Of a stretch of 64,000 nt of DNA, positions 8,754 to 19,072 are shown piece by piece. Under the pieces are notes generated by a model. It was not told the DNA's origin and ran no database searches. It was given only the letters and a program-made list of their open reading frames with translations. Both the position numbers and the translations under genes were made by a program. Origin of the DNA: an uncultured bacterium (lineage in GTDB: Bacteria > Chloroflexota > UBA5177 > JANWHV01); NCBI GenBank assembly GCA_963729625.1, contig CAVSOU010000011.1:640001-704000 (forward strand). Direction: 5' to 3'. Numbering within the stretch: the stretch's first letter is position 1; each line of letters opens with the position of its first letter.

Positions 8754-11150
8754 TCATGCGAGGTGCTCCTTATGACCGCGCCAAGGGCCGCGCCTGGCTT
8801 CTACGATAACCGCAGTCTCCTTCAGGAGCACCAGCGAGACGCGCGAAGCTCCATCGTTACCTAGCACCTGGCCAGATGACGCACAGGCAATCGTAGATGT
8901 ACCGGCAGGGAACGTCACGTTCACCGGCTGCGTCTTGGCTGAACGCAGCACGGCGCGAATATGCGTGGCGTTCCAAGTCAGGCTGTCGACAATGACCTGG
9001 CCGCGACAGGCAACACCCTCGATCGACCCGGTCGTCCATTGGGTTGGCAACGCGGGCAGCAGCTCGAGCGCGCCGCGACTCGACTGGACCAGCATGGCCA
9101 CAATCAGTTCTGGCAGGCCGCCGCCAATATCGACGTTGAAAATAGTACCAGCATCGTGCGTGGGCACGAGCGACGAGTTGAAGTAGCGTGAGGCGAGCAT
9201 GCCGACGATCGCGTACGCCTCATCGACCATGCGCAGATGTGCCGCCGCGAGGCCAAGCTGCACGAGCCCGAAAGCCATGTCCCCACCGTCTTGCTCGCGT
9301 CGCCACGCCATGCGCGCGTGGACGGCACGGCGGCACGCCTCCAGCAGATCAGGCCGGCCCGCGATCTCCGGGTCCACTTCGTACAGCACCGGATAGAGGT
9401 GGGACGCGTGCCGGTGAGCATGGTTGTCCTGCAGGCTCGGCCAGGCCCACTCCGCCAGAGCGCCGTCCTTGTTAACCGGATAGTCCGGCATTCTCCCCAG
9501 CATCTCGGCCCACTGTGGCACCATATCGGCATTGACGCGTAGCGTCTCGCTGGCGGTGATGAGGTTGCGCAGCAGGTCCTTGGCTACGGCGATGTCCATC
9601 GTCGCGTTCACGCAGGCCTGGGATGAAGAATTGGCTGGATGATTCTCCGGAGAGTAAGAGGGCACGAACACATACTTGCCATCTGGACCCTCGACGAGGA
9701 AGTCCTCGTAGAACTCCGCGACCTGTTCCATGAACGGGAGGGCACGGCTCGCCAGAAAACCGTCGTCGCCCGTGTACTGCCAGTAGTCGTAAAGGAATCG
9801 CGCAGCCCAGCCGGCACCGGCCGTCCAGAAGGTATGGCACCACGTTGCGTTGAAGTGATTCTGCAGCCCGTGGGTGCTCGTATGTGCCGGCAAGTAGATG
9901 CCGCGACAACCATACAGGCGCCGGGCATTCTCGCGCATATCGTCAACAAACGATTCGAGATAGGTGAAATAGGGCTGCAGCAGCTCGGGCGTGTTTGTAC
10001 TCAGCAGCGCCGCCAAGGCGGTCGGGCAGTTGCCGTTGTGCACGTAGCCGCCCGACCAGGCCGGGGCCCACGTGGCGGACCAGACACCTTGCAATGTAGG
10101 CGGTAGTTTCCCGCTACTGGAAATAACGGCGTAGCGGCATGCGTCGAATTCCTTCTCGAGTAGCGCCGGCAGCGGGCCATCTTGCCGCGACATAGCCAGA
10201 AGCTCTTCAGCCGGAAGCAGGCGCTCGTTCTCGCCGCCCAGGTCAAGCCGGGCACGATTGAAGAGGTCGCCGTGCACCGCGGCATGTCTGGCAAGTAGAC
10301 GCTCGAAGCTCAGGTCGAGTCTGCGGAGCCTACGGCGCAGGGCGGCGAGCGGCAGCGGGGCCGTATCGCTCACGTCGAGGGCGGCAAGCACGACGACCTC
10401 GTCGGCACCCCGGACTACCACGCCACGACCGTCGCTGGACGTGCTGCCGCCAGTTGCCACGATCCACGCGACCCCCGCATATCCGTACAGGCTGCCGGGC
10501 CACTTCCTGCTGAAGCGGCTGCGGTAGCTGAGCATGTCGCGTGAAATCCCGTACTCCACGTTCTTCACGCCCTCGCTGAAAACCTGGTTGTACTGCGGTC
10601 CACTCGTACCTGGCGGGGTGGTGTCCAGTTGGATGACCACGTCGATCTGCCCTCGGCCCGGGCCGCTAATCGACAGTGCGAGCACGTCATCCGGGCGAGA
10701 GACGAAGAGCCGTCGCGTGAACGCACCCCGATCGTCGGCCCAATGCACGGTGACGACCCCGGTGCCGAAGTCCGTGCCACGGCTGTAGCCCTTGATCAGT
10801 CCCACCGACCGCATGTGCAGGCGGAGGTCAAAGCCTGGCACCAGCGGATCGATCCAGCGCAGGCTGCTGCCGTACCCTTCCTGCGTTGCCTGTGTGACAA
10901 CCGCTTCGGAGGCGGCCTGGTACTGTCCCGCCAGCAGTTGGTCCCGGATCTTCGCGAGGAGCTCGGCTGTGTGCACAGGCGGCAGCGGCCGGTTCAGGGG
11001 CAGGAACAGTCGCTCGTGGCTGAGCGTGATGGTTTCATCGGTCGGGTCGCCGGCGACCAGTGCCCCCAGGGAGCCGCCGCCGCTGATCAGCCTGTTCTCC
11101 CACGAAGTCGCGGGAGCCAAACTCACAAAGCCACGATCGTCGGCGACCAT
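8754..11150 (-). CDS. GH95 alpha-L-fucosidase/alpha-L-galactosidase-family glycoside hydrolase
   Basis: LPPTLQGVW, PSYSPEN, NATMD, HRHASHLY, MLVQS...LLPALP.W..GSIEG motifs. Confidence 0.88.
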   Translation of the reverse strand: MVADDRGFVSLAPATSWENRLISGGGSLGALVAGDPTDETITLSHERLFLPLNRPLPPVHTAELLAKIRDQLLAGQYQAASEAVVTQATQEGYGSSLRWIDPLVPGFDLRLHMRSVGLIKGYSRGTDFGTGVVTVHWADDRGAFTRRLFVSRPDDVLALSISGPGRGQIDVVIQLDTTPPGTSGPQYNQVFSEGVKNVEYGISRDMLSYRSRFSRKWPGSLYGYAGVAWIVATGGSTSSDGRGVVVRGADEVVVLAALDVSDTAPLPLAALRRRLRRLDLSFERLLARHAAVHGDLFNRARLDLGGENERLLPAEELLAMSRQDGPLPALLEKEFDACRYAVISSSGKLPPTLQGVWSATWAPAWSGGYVHNGNCPTALAALLSTNTPELLQPYFTYLESFVDDMRENARRLYGCRGIYLPAHTSTHGLQNHFNATWCHTFWTAGAGWAARFLYDYWQYTGDDGFLASRALPFMEQVAEFYEDFLVEGPDGKYVFVPSYSPENHPANSSSQACVNATMDIAVAKDLLRNLITASETLRVNADMVPQWAEMLGRMPDYPVNKDGALAEWAWPSLQDNHAHRHASHLYPVLYEVDPEIAGRPDLLEACRRAVHARMAWRREQDGGDMAFGLVQLGLAAAHLRMVDEAYAIVGMLASRYFNSSLVPTHDAGTIFNVDIGGGLPELIVAMLVQSSRGALELLPALPTQWTTGSIEGVACRGQVIVDSLTWNATHIRAVLRSAKTQPVNVTFPAGTSTIACASSGQVLGNDGASRVSLVLLKETAVIVEARRGPWRGHKEHLA

Positions 11151-11210
11151 CTCCCCCTCTAGATCAAAGGGTACGCAACAGCGGCGCGCCCGGCACCGGG
11201 CGAATACGCC

Positions 11211-12137
11211 TCATTTGTTCTTTCGCCAGGAATGCCGGGGCATGTAGCCCAACCTCTGGCGCGCGCGCTCGATGCTGATGAGGAAGTCGTCCGGGCCCAT
11301 ATGAGCGGTCATCTCGGCCAGCTCCGGGTAGAGCCGGCGCACCGCGTCCCGCGGTGATTCACCCGTCGTGCGGTCGCTTGCCAGGTAGAATCGCTCATGC
11401 GGCTCCAGACTCGGCGTCTCAAGCGCCAGACGAAATGCCTGCGCCGCGTCTCTTCCATCCACATAGAGCCACCCATCGAAAGGAACAATAGTGGAGCCTT
11501 TGGGCGCTTGCACCCGATCGTGGAACCGTTGGGCGCTATCGTCGCGGTGTGCATAGTAGACACCCATCAAGCGGAACGCGACAGTGCGCACTCCGTAGGC
11601 GCGGGTATAGGCGGCAAGCATCTCCTCGTTCAACATCTTAGATAGGCTATACGAATCCTCGGGGGTTAACGGGTGGTCTTCGTCAATAGGCAGGTAGCTT
11701 GGATTCCAGGTGGCATCGCTGATGCGGAATCCCAGGCCCAGCACAAAGAACGTGCTGGCGAAGACAACCGTCTTCACCCCTGCGCGGCGGGCTTCGTCGA
11801 GGACGTAGTAGGTACCAAGGGTATTGACGCGGAACGTCTCGTCGTCCGGCGGGCTCTGCACACCAGGGCGCGAAAACCTGAGTGTAGGGTGATCGGTTGC
11901 GTACGGCATCGCACCGACATGGCAGACCGCCTCAGCATTCGCCGCGGCCAGTGCGGCACGGCAGTCTTCCGCGCTCGTCAGATCGCCTTGTACAAACGGC
12001 AGATCAGTCTGCCAGGGAACGGGCGCCTGTAAGGGCGCAAGGCGATCAAAGAGTGTGACGCGGTACCCGTGCTCAACGAGTTCTTCGGCGATACAACGTC
12101 CGAGATTCCCAGCGCCACCCGTGACCAGAACGTTCAT
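11211..12137 (-). CDS. NAD-dependent epimerase/dehydratase (uronate dehydrogenase-like extended SDR)
   Basis: VLVTGGAGNLG, FASTF, YLPIDEDHP and YSLSK motifs. Confidence 0.85.
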   Translation of the reverse strand: MNVLVTGGAGNLGRCIAEELVEHGYRVTLFDRLAPLQAPVPWQTDLPFVQGDLTSAEDCRAALAAANAEAVCHVGAMPYATDHPTLRFSRPGVQSPPDDETFRVNTLGTYYVLDEARRAGVKTVVFASTFFVLGLGFRISDATWNPSYLPIDEDHPLTPEDSYSLSKMLNEEMLAAYTRAYGVRTVAFRLMGVYYAHRDDSAQRFHDRVQAPKGSTIVPFDGWLYVDGRDAAQAFRLALETPSLEPHERFYLASDRTTGESPRDAVRRLYPELAEMTAHMGPDDFLISIERARQRLGYMPRHSWRKNK

Positions 12138-12197
12138 GAGCACCTACTCCCCTCCCCTCTAATGTCGCCCGCCGACCAGTGCAACGCGTGCCGCAGG

Positions 12198-12848
12198 CTA
12201 GTCTGCGGGCCACTCGGCCAATACCTGCTCACCAAGCTCCGAAATATGTGCGGACATTGATTCTTCCGCCTGTGCGATGCCGCCCTCGCGCAGCGCGGCC
12301 AGCAAGGGACGGTGACGTTCGGCAATATACAAGGGCCCGCGCCCGGCGAGGACGCGCACGCTGAGCATCGTCCAGTTGGAGGGATTGATGCTCGCCCAGG
12401 TCTCATGCAGCAACCGGTGTCCGCCCCGCGAGTAGAGATGGTCGTGGAAGCTGACATCGACGTCGACCATCCCCTCAGAGTTGCTTTCCTCGGCAAACGC
12501 CACCATCTGGTCGACCAGCCGTTCCAGATACTCGAAGTCCTCCCCGGTCAGGCGCGGCAGCGCCAGGCGTATGGCAAGCCGATCCAGGTGGGCGCGCAAA
12601 GAGTACATCTCGTGGATGTCCTGCCGCGTGAGCTGACGTACTACGGTGCCCCGGTGCGGCTGCGAGACGACTAGCCGGGCGCTCTCCAATCCACGCAGGG
12701 CCTCGCGAACCGGTGTAATGCTCACGCCGAACTGCCGAGCCAGATCTGCCTCGAGCAGGCGATCGCCCGGCTTCAGTTGCCCGGAGAGAATCGCGTCACG
12801 CAGCTGTTCGCGCACCTGGCGCGGTATGCTTCGAGCCACCGGGCGCAA
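12198..12848 (-). CDS. GntR/FadR-family transcriptional regulator (HTH + FCD)
   Basis: LRDAILSGQLKPGDRLLEADLARQFGVSITPVREAL HTH and FCD motif DVSFH. Start uncertain: TTG 12848 chosen, frame open to 13049. Confidence 0.88.
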   Translation of the reverse strand: MRPVARSIPRQVREQLRDAILSGQLKPGDRLLEADLARQFGVSITPVREALRGLESARLVVSQPHRGTVVRQLTRQDIHEMYSLRAHLDRLAIRLALPRLTGEDFEYLERLVDQMVAFAEESNSEGMVDVDVSFHDHLYSRGGHRLLHETWASINPSNWTMLSVRVLAGRGPLYIAERHRPLLAALREGGIAQAEESMSAHISELGEQVLAEWPAD

Positions 12849-13252
12849 TCCGCTCCCGGTGTCGTCGCTGTTGCCCCACCCAGGTCGCGGCGCCAGCCTC
12901 CCCCCCTCAAGCTTAAGGCGGGACGTCGTGGGAACTGCACTACTCGACGGGATCCTGATCAACCTGGTAGCCCCTTGTTCCGATTGCTTATGAATTACAT
13001 CTTGCAATTCACTACTTATAAGATATATACTGTCAGTCGGATAATACACGGGTCAAGCCAAATCGTCAACCGGCCTACACGAGCCGACGGTAAAGGCTGG
13101 AGCATCCGCACTGCAACTTGGCTACTCAGCCGGCACAGCCCGCTGGAGGACGGCGGAGATACGGCACGCCTGCAATGCGGGGATGGCGGTTGTAGCACGA
13201 TGGCTTGGAAGATGGTTCACGTGCGCCGACAGCGGCGCGGTAGGAGGCTAGG

Positions 13253-14149
13253 GTGAAGATCGGATGCGTCGGAGTGCTGGTGCCGGAGCACGTCAAGCCT
13301 GCGGAGCGCCCGTACTACCAGATCCAGAAGGTCGCGGATCTCGGCGGGCAGATCACGGGTGTGATGGCTTGGGATCTGACCCCAGATGAGCGCAAGCGCT
13401 TGCGCGAGTTCGCCGACAGCAAAGGCATTGAGCTCGAGTGTTGGGTGGCCGGTGTGTTTGGCCTGGCCAGCGGCGATCCGGGACGCAGCGACGCGCGTGC
13501 CGACCTCGAGCATAGCCTCGACGCCGCGCTCGACCTGGGCGGCCCTGTGGTGCATACGGGTTACGGGCGCCTGCGGAAGCTGAGCAGCCGATTCAACCGC
13601 GATATCCCAGTCCCGGCCCACCTGGCGCGCCTGGCCGCCAGTCTGCGCGAGGCCGCCAAGCTCGCCGAAGAACGGGGCCAGACTATCGCCGTGGAGAATC
13701 ATTGCGACTTCAGTGGAAAGGAGCTGGCCTGGGTGCTCCGCGCGACGGAGTCGAAGGCCGTCGGAGCCGCGTTGGACACGGGCAACGCCTACACCGTTCT
13801 TTGCGATCCCTGGGAAGATGCGCTGGCGCTGGCACCACTCACGGTCACTACTCACCTCAAGGATATGAAGATCGTGGAGTTCCGCGACGAGATCGCCTTG
13901 ACCCCCGAGGATGACCGCGTCCCATTCCTGCCTATCGGCTGCGCCCTGGGCGAAGGCAACGTCGACATCATGGCAACGGTGGAGTTGCTGGCGAAGCAAT
14001 GCCCGCGCGGGTGGGACCTGCCACTAATTGTGGAGACCGGGTGGCTACCCAACGTGGCCGGCAAGACCAGGGCTGAACTGATCGAAGATGTCTTCCGGGC
14101 GAGCCTCGCCTACCTGCGCGCCAATCTGTCCGCTTACCTGTCGGCGTAG
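13253..14149 (+). CDS. Sugar phosphate isomerase/epimerase, xylose-isomerase-like TIM barrel
   Basis: Metal-ligand pattern AVENH, LDTGN, THLKD, VETG; GGAGG RBS. Confidence 0.85.
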   Translation: MKIGCVGVLVPEHVKPAERPYYQIQKVADLGGQITGVMAWDLTPDERKRLREFADSKGIELECWVAGVFGLASGDPGRSDARADLEHSLDAALDLGGPVVHTGYGRLRKLSSRFNRDIPVPAHLARLAASLREAAKLAEERGQTIAVENHCDFSGKELAWVLRATESKAVGAALDTGNAYTVLCDPWEDALALAPLTVTTHLKDMKIVEFRDEIALTPEDDRVPFLPIGCALGEGNVDIMATVELLAKQCPRGWDLPLIVETGWLPNVAGKTRAELIEDVFRASLAYLRANLSAYLSA

Positions 14150-14410
14150 CCCGTGCCGCGCCGGAGCGCGTTGAGGTTGGGAGCGATGGATCCTCGCCGA
14201 GGAACGAAGCCGGCACCGGTCATCGTTGCCACTTTGTCCCTGCTCGTCTTGCGCATCCTGCAACGGCGCGACGCCATCAAAAGCTTCACCGCATGACCGC
14301 TCAACGCCGAGTGAGGAGAGGGGGGGCACTGTGCACGTCTACCGGTCGTGGAGCAGTGGCGAGGTGAAGTCGAGACGGCGAGCTGTTGTTGAGGCGCAAT
14401 GGAGGAGACG

Positions 14411-15193
14411 ATGATAACTGCCGAGTGTCCCCCGTTCAGCGAGCAGGCTACGATCCGCTTCTTTGGACGTCAGTGTAGCGTCACCGATCTCAGCCACGTC
14501 ATCGCGACGGACGATCCAACGTTCCCCGGTCACCAGCGACCGGTGATCTGGCAGCACCTCAGCCACGAGGAGACGCAGCGCTTCGGGCTGACCAAGCCGC
14601 CGTATTCCTATCAGGTCGTCGGCTTCACACTGTGCGACCACTCGTCGACACATGTCGACGCCATCAATCACATCGTCGCCCGCCCGGACGCGCGCTCAAT
14701 CGATCAATTGCCGCTGGCGTGGTTCATGGCCCCAGCAGTATGGCTGGATTTTGGCCACAAAGAGCCGAGCTCCTATATCACGCGCGAAGACGTGCAGCGG
14801 GAGATCGAACGTACCGGCGTGACCATTCAGCCTCAGTCGGTAGCTCTGTACCACACGGGCTGGTACCGCAAGTACCGCACCGACCGCTTCGGCTACATTC
14901 GCGACTATCCGGGCCTGGACCGTGGGGCGACCGAGTATCTGAACGATCTGGGCGCCATCTCGATCGGGGCAGACGCGCCGTCGATCGATTCATGGCATGA
15001 GGTCTCCGAGGTTCGGGTGCAGCCAGCCCACATCGTCTGTCGCGAGCGGGAGATTCTCAACATCGAGAACCTGGCTAACGTCGACACGATACCCTCCCAC
15101 GCATTCTGGTTCATCGGATTGCCGCTGAAGATCAAAGGGGGAACCGGCAGTCCGTTCCGGGGTGTGGCGATCGTGGACCTTGGTGCGGACTAG
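14411..15193 (+). CDS. Cyclase-family (kynurenine formamidase-like) metal-dependent hydrolase
   Basis: DLSH, HSSTHVDAINH, YPGL, IGADAPSID, ENLAN and LPLKIKGGTGSPFR motifs. Confidence 0.88.
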   Translation: MITAECPPFSEQATIRFFGRQCSVTDLSHVIATDDPTFPGHQRPVIWQHLSHEETQRFGLTKPPYSYQVVGFTLCDHSSTHVDAINHIVARPDARSIDQLPLAWFMAPAVWLDFGHKEPSSYITREDVQREIERTGVTIQPQSVALYHTGWYRKYRTDRFGYIRDYPGLDRGATEYLNDLGAISIGADAPSIDSWHEVSEVRVQPAHIVCREREILNIENLANVDTIPSHAFWFIGLPLKIKGGTGSPFRGVAIVDLGAD

Positions 15194-15263
15194 GGCGTAC
15201 ATCGATGCAGCGTGCGCTCCAAGTGCTGGCAACTCGCTGCCGGGAGAGGTAGTAGCAGTGACG

Positions 15264-16175
15264 ATGGTAGCTGAAGTGGGATTCATCGGCATGGGACGGA
15301 TGGGCGGCCGCATTGCCAAGCGCCTGCTCGACGCTGGATATGTCGTCACCGGCTACAACCGGACCAAGTCCAGGTGCCAATGGCTACTGGATTTGGGCAT
15401 GCGGTGGGGTGCGACTGCGCGCGACACCGCCCGCTCGGCCGACCTTATCTTTAGTATGGTCGCGGACTCGGACGCACTCCACGCCATCGCCGAGGGACCC
15501 GATGGATTGCTAGCCGGCTTGGAAGCGGGAACAGTCTATGTGGACATGAGCACGGTGGCGCCGGCCGCGAGCCGGCAAGTGGCGGAGCAGGTCAGGGCTC
15601 GGGGAGCATGGATGCTCGACGCGCCTGTCTCAGGCAGTCCGCTCACCGTGGAGCAGGGGCAGCTGTCGATCATGGTCGGTGGCGAGCCGGCGGCGTTTGA
15701 ACGCGCCAAACCGGCGCTCCTGGCTATCGGACCGCGCGTGGCCCGCGTCGGAGCCAACGGCACAGCGGTCGCCATGAAGATCGCCATCAACCTGAGTCTT
15801 CCGGTGCAATTCCTGGCGTTCTCCGAGGGCGTGCTCCTTGCCGAGAAGAGCGGTATCGAGCGCGCGGCCGCCGTAGAGGCATTGCTCAACAGCGTCATAG
15901 CCTCGCCAGCGCTGCGCTATAGGGGACCGTTTGTGCTGGGACTGCCCGATGAGGCCTGGTTCACGGTGAACCTGATGCAGAAAGACATGCTACTGGCCCT
16001 GGAACTCGGACGCGAAGTTGGGATGGCGCTGCCTACCGTGGCCCTTGCGAACGAATGGCTCACTGCGGCGCGAGCCGCGGGCCTTGGTGAGCGCGATTTC
16101 GCCTCGCTCTTCCAGGTGGTGGCTCGGATTGCGGCGGCGGATGGCGCGAGCACCGCCATGCGAGGCACGGGCTAG
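15264..16175 (+). CDS. NAD(P)-dependent beta-hydroxyacid dehydrogenase (3-hydroxyisobutyrate/6PGD family)
   Basis: GFIGMGRMG, YNRT, DMSTV, DAPVSG, IMVGG, catalytic K in MKIAIN, MQKD. Confidence 0.9.
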   Translation: MVAEVGFIGMGRMGGRIAKRLLDAGYVVTGYNRTKSRCQWLLDLGMRWGATARDTARSADLIFSMVADSDALHAIAEGPDGLLAGLEAGTVYVDMSTVAPAASRQVAEQVRARGAWMLDAPVSGSPLTVEQGQLSIMVGGEPAAFERAKPALLAIGPRVARVGANGTAVAMKIAINLSLPVQFLAFSEGVLLAEKSGIERAAAVEALLNSVIASPALRYRGPFVLGLPDEAWFTVNLMQKDMLLALELGREVGMALPTVALANEWLTAARAAGLGERDFASLFQVVARIAAADGASTAMRGTG

Positions 16176-16301
16176 TTCTGGTTTCTAGGTCTACAACTGG
16201 GCACTTGGGTTTCGGTAGGTCGCTCTGAGCGTGGCCTCAGTCAAGGAGGTGGCCGCGGCCACGGCAGACGGCGAACACTGAATGAGGGAGGAGTACTGCA
16301 C

Positions 16302-17150
16302 GTGGATGTCAGCAAGGTGGGTCACACCGCGATTACGTGGCCCTTCACGGCCGACGGGGCGCACCAGGCAATGCAGGACCTTGGTGCCCTCGGCTATCGC
16401 GGCATCGAGCTGTTTGGCTTCGTCATGGACGTCTATCCCGGAGGTGTCGAGGGCCTGCGTACTCACCTGGCGGAGCACGGCCTGCAACTGGCGGCGGCCT
16501 ATTGTTCCGCCAGGCTTATCGATCCGGACACGCGGGCCGAGGACGTGGAGAAGATGACAGGCTGGGCGAGAAACGTGAGCAGCCTGGGCGGAAGCGTAAT
16601 AGTAGTTGGCGCCGATTCGAGCGAGAAGCCTGCCTATGAGCGCAACGAGTATGCCGGGCTCTGCAGGACGCTAAACGAAATTGGTTTGCGCTGTGCCGAT
16701 CTCGGGGTGACGGCGTGCTTCCACCCGCACACCGGCACGCCTGTTGAGACACGTGAACAGATCGATCTCGTGATGACGGGCGTCGACCCACGGGTTGTGT
16801 CTATGGCGCCCGATACCGGACAGATCGCCAAGGGCGGGAGCGATCCAGTGGAGGTGGTACGCACCTACCGAGAGCTAGTCGGCCACATGCACTTGAAGGA
16901 CTACGTGGGTGGCGAGAGCGTCCTCGATGCAGGCGGCAATCTGGTCGATCGAACGGGCTATCTCGATTACGTGCCGCTTGGAGATGGGGTTGTAGATCTG
17001 CCGGCCATCGTGCAGACACTGGAGACCGCCGGGTTTGCTGGCTGGTGGATGGTCGAGCTGGACGGTACCCCGCAAGCACCGCGCTCTGCCATGGAGGCAG
17101 CATCGTTGAGCAAGCGCTACCTGGAACGGCTAACCGCCGCGGCGCAGTGA
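16302..17150 (+). CDS. Sugar phosphate isomerase/epimerase (IolE/inosose dehydratase-like TIM barrel)
   Basis: AITW, GYRGIE, FHPHTGTPVET, PDTGQ, HLKD and WMVELD motifs. Confidence 0.85.
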   Translation: MDVSKVGHTAITWPFTADGAHQAMQDLGALGYRGIELFGFVMDVYPGGVEGLRTHLAEHGLQLAAAYCSARLIDPDTRAEDVEKMTGWARNVSSLGGSVIVVGADSSEKPAYERNEYAGLCRTLNEIGLRCADLGVTACFHPHTGTPVETREQIDLVMTGVDPRVVSMAPDTGQIAKGGSDPVEVVRTYRELVGHMHLKDYVGGESVLDAGGNLVDRTGYLDYVPLGDGVVDLPAIVQTLETAGFAGWWMVELDGTPQAPRSAMEAASLSKRYLERLTAAAQ

Positions 17151-17237
17151 CGAGGAGCACTGAGTCGACGCCACGTGAAGAGGAGTGAACCGCCCCGGAG
17201 GTAGAGAGTCTGCCGAACCAGCGTGGGGGAGAGCGAG

Positions 17238-17993
17238 ATGAGACTGAGCAACAAGGTCGCCCTGGTGACGGGAGCAAGCCGCGGCATCGGCCGCGCTATC
17301 GCCCTGAGCTGCGCCAGGGAAGGCGCGGATGTAGTAGTCAACTATGTGAGCCGGTCGGAACAAGCCCGCGAGGTCGCGAACGAAATCGTAGCGATGGGCA
17401 GACGAGCCCTGGTCGTCCACGCAGATGTGGCCGATCGGCCGGCTGTCGAAGCCATGGTCGAGCAGGCGTGGCGCGAACTCGGGCCAGTCGACGTACTCAT
17501 CAACAATGCTGGTATCGAGACGATCGTACCGCTCGTAGAGCTCACAGACGAACAGTGGGATCGCGTGACCTCGGTGAATCTAAAGGGGAGCTGGCTTTGC
17601 GCGCAGGTGGTGGCCCGTCGCTGGATCGCCGCTCGCAGGGGTGGCGTGATGGTCAATCTGGGCTCTATCCAGGCGGGCCTAGCCATGCCTGGGCGCACGC
17701 ATTATGCGCCGACCAAACGCGGGGTCGAAGCGCTGACTCGTAACCTCGCCGCCGAGCTGGCTCCATATGGAATCCGTGTGAATTGCGTGCATCCCGGAGT
17801 TATTGAGACGGATATGACGCAGTGGGTGATCGGCAATCCAGAGATCTTGCCGGGTGTGCTTGACAAGATTCCGTTGCACCGCCAGGGCCAGCCCGATGAA
17901 GTAGCTCCGGCTGTGATCTTCCTCGCTTCGGACGAGGCAAGCTACATTACCGGCCAGTACCTTTACGTGGACGGGGGAATGCTGGTCGTCTAG
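17238..17993 (+). CDS. SDR oxidoreductase (glucose 1-dehydrogenase/FabG-like)
   Basis: TGASRGIG, NNAG, YAPTK, PGVIETDM and YITGQYLYVDGG motifs. Confidence 0.9.
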   Translation: MRLSNKVALVTGASRGIGRAIALSCAREGADVVVNYVSRSEQAREVANEIVAMGRRALVVHADVADRPAVEAMVEQAWRELGPVDVLINNAGIETIVPLVELTDEQWDRVTSVNLKGSWLCAQVVARRWIAARRGGVMVNLGSIQAGLAMPGRTHYAPTKRGVEALTRNLAAELAPYGIRVNCVHPGVIETDMTQWVIGNPEILPGVLDKIPLHRQGQPDEVAPAVIFLASDEASYITGQYLYVDGGMLVV

Positions 17994-18160
17994 GTACCGC
18001 GACCCGCACGGCACGATCCCGCCGGATACGTGCTTGCCACCGACGCCATCAGTGCCTGTGGTCCTGCAGGCGGCCGCAGAGAACGAGAGGCTGCGAGCTC
18101 ACTCCCGGATTTGGGGCGAGCAACATGCGTGGACCGTGCCAGAGGATCTGAGGAGAGACC

Positions 18161-19072
18161 ATGACAGGTGCGTCAAAGGTTCCGGCGCTGGATGACGCCG
18201 ACGTGCTGAGAGAAGCAAATCAAGACAGGAAGATCGCGCTGATGCAGTGCCTGGCTCAGCAGTTCCGGGTTGAGGTCCTGGATGTCTTGCACGAGCGGCA
18301 GACCGGCCACTGGGGCGGCGCTGCCTCCGCCGCGGAGCTGCTGGTGACGCTGTACTTCGCCGTGATGAACGTTCGCCCGGAGCAGCCTCAGTGGCCCGAT
18401 CGGGATAGGCTGATCGTGAGCAAGGGGCATGCATCCTGCATGATCTACACCGCTCTGGCGCATCGCGGGTACTTTCCGGTTTCCGAGCTGAACACGTTCC
18501 GGCAATTGAACAGTCGCCTCCAGGGGCATCCGTCGATGCATGCCACACCGGGTATCGATATGTCGACCGGCTCGTTGGGCCATGGTCTGTCGGTCACGCT
18601 CGGGATGGCCCTGGCGGCTAAGCTGCTGGGCAAGCACTACTGGAGCTACGCGCTGATCGGCGAAGGGGACCTCAACGAGGGTCAGACGTGGGAAGCGATC
18701 ATGGCCGCGGCCAAGTTCAGGCCTGAAAGGATGGTGGCGCTCATCGACTACAACAAAGTGCAACTGGACGGACCAAGCGATGAGATCATGCCGCTAGATC
18801 CATTGCCGGACAAGTTCCGCGCCTTCAATTGGAACGTGGCGCCCCAATCGTACGATGGGCATGATGTCCGTGCGATTCTCAATTCATTCGATTGGATTCG
18901 CGCTCAGTCCACCTGGCCGGTCGCCGTGATCTACAGCACCCACAAAGGCAAGGGCGTTTCCTTCATGGAAGATAGCGCTTACTGGCATGGATCCGTCGTC
19001 GACGATGACAGCTACGCGAGAGGGAGATCCGAGCTCCTGAGCACGCTCAGCACGTTGGAGGCCGTCCTGTGA
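18161..19072 (+). CDS. Split transketolase, N-terminal ThDP-binding subunit
   Basis: GHWGG, DRDRLIVSKGHA, LQGHP, STGSLGHG, GEGDLNEGQTWEA and KGKGVSFME motifs. Confidence 0.92.
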   Translation: MTGASKVPALDDADVLREANQDRKIALMQCLAQQFRVEVLDVLHERQTGHWGGAASAAELLVTLYFAVMNVRPEQPQWPDRDRLIVSKGHASCMIYTALAHRGYFPVSELNTFRQLNSRLQGHPSMHATPGIDMSTGSLGHGLSVTLGMALAAKLLGKHYWSYALIGEGDLNEGQTWEAIMAAAKFRPERMVALIDYNKVQLDGPSDEIMPLDPLPDKFRAFNWNVAPQSYDGHDVRAILNSFDWIRAQSTWPVAVIYSTHKGKGVSFMEDSAYWHGSVVDDDSYARGRSELLSTLSTLEAVL

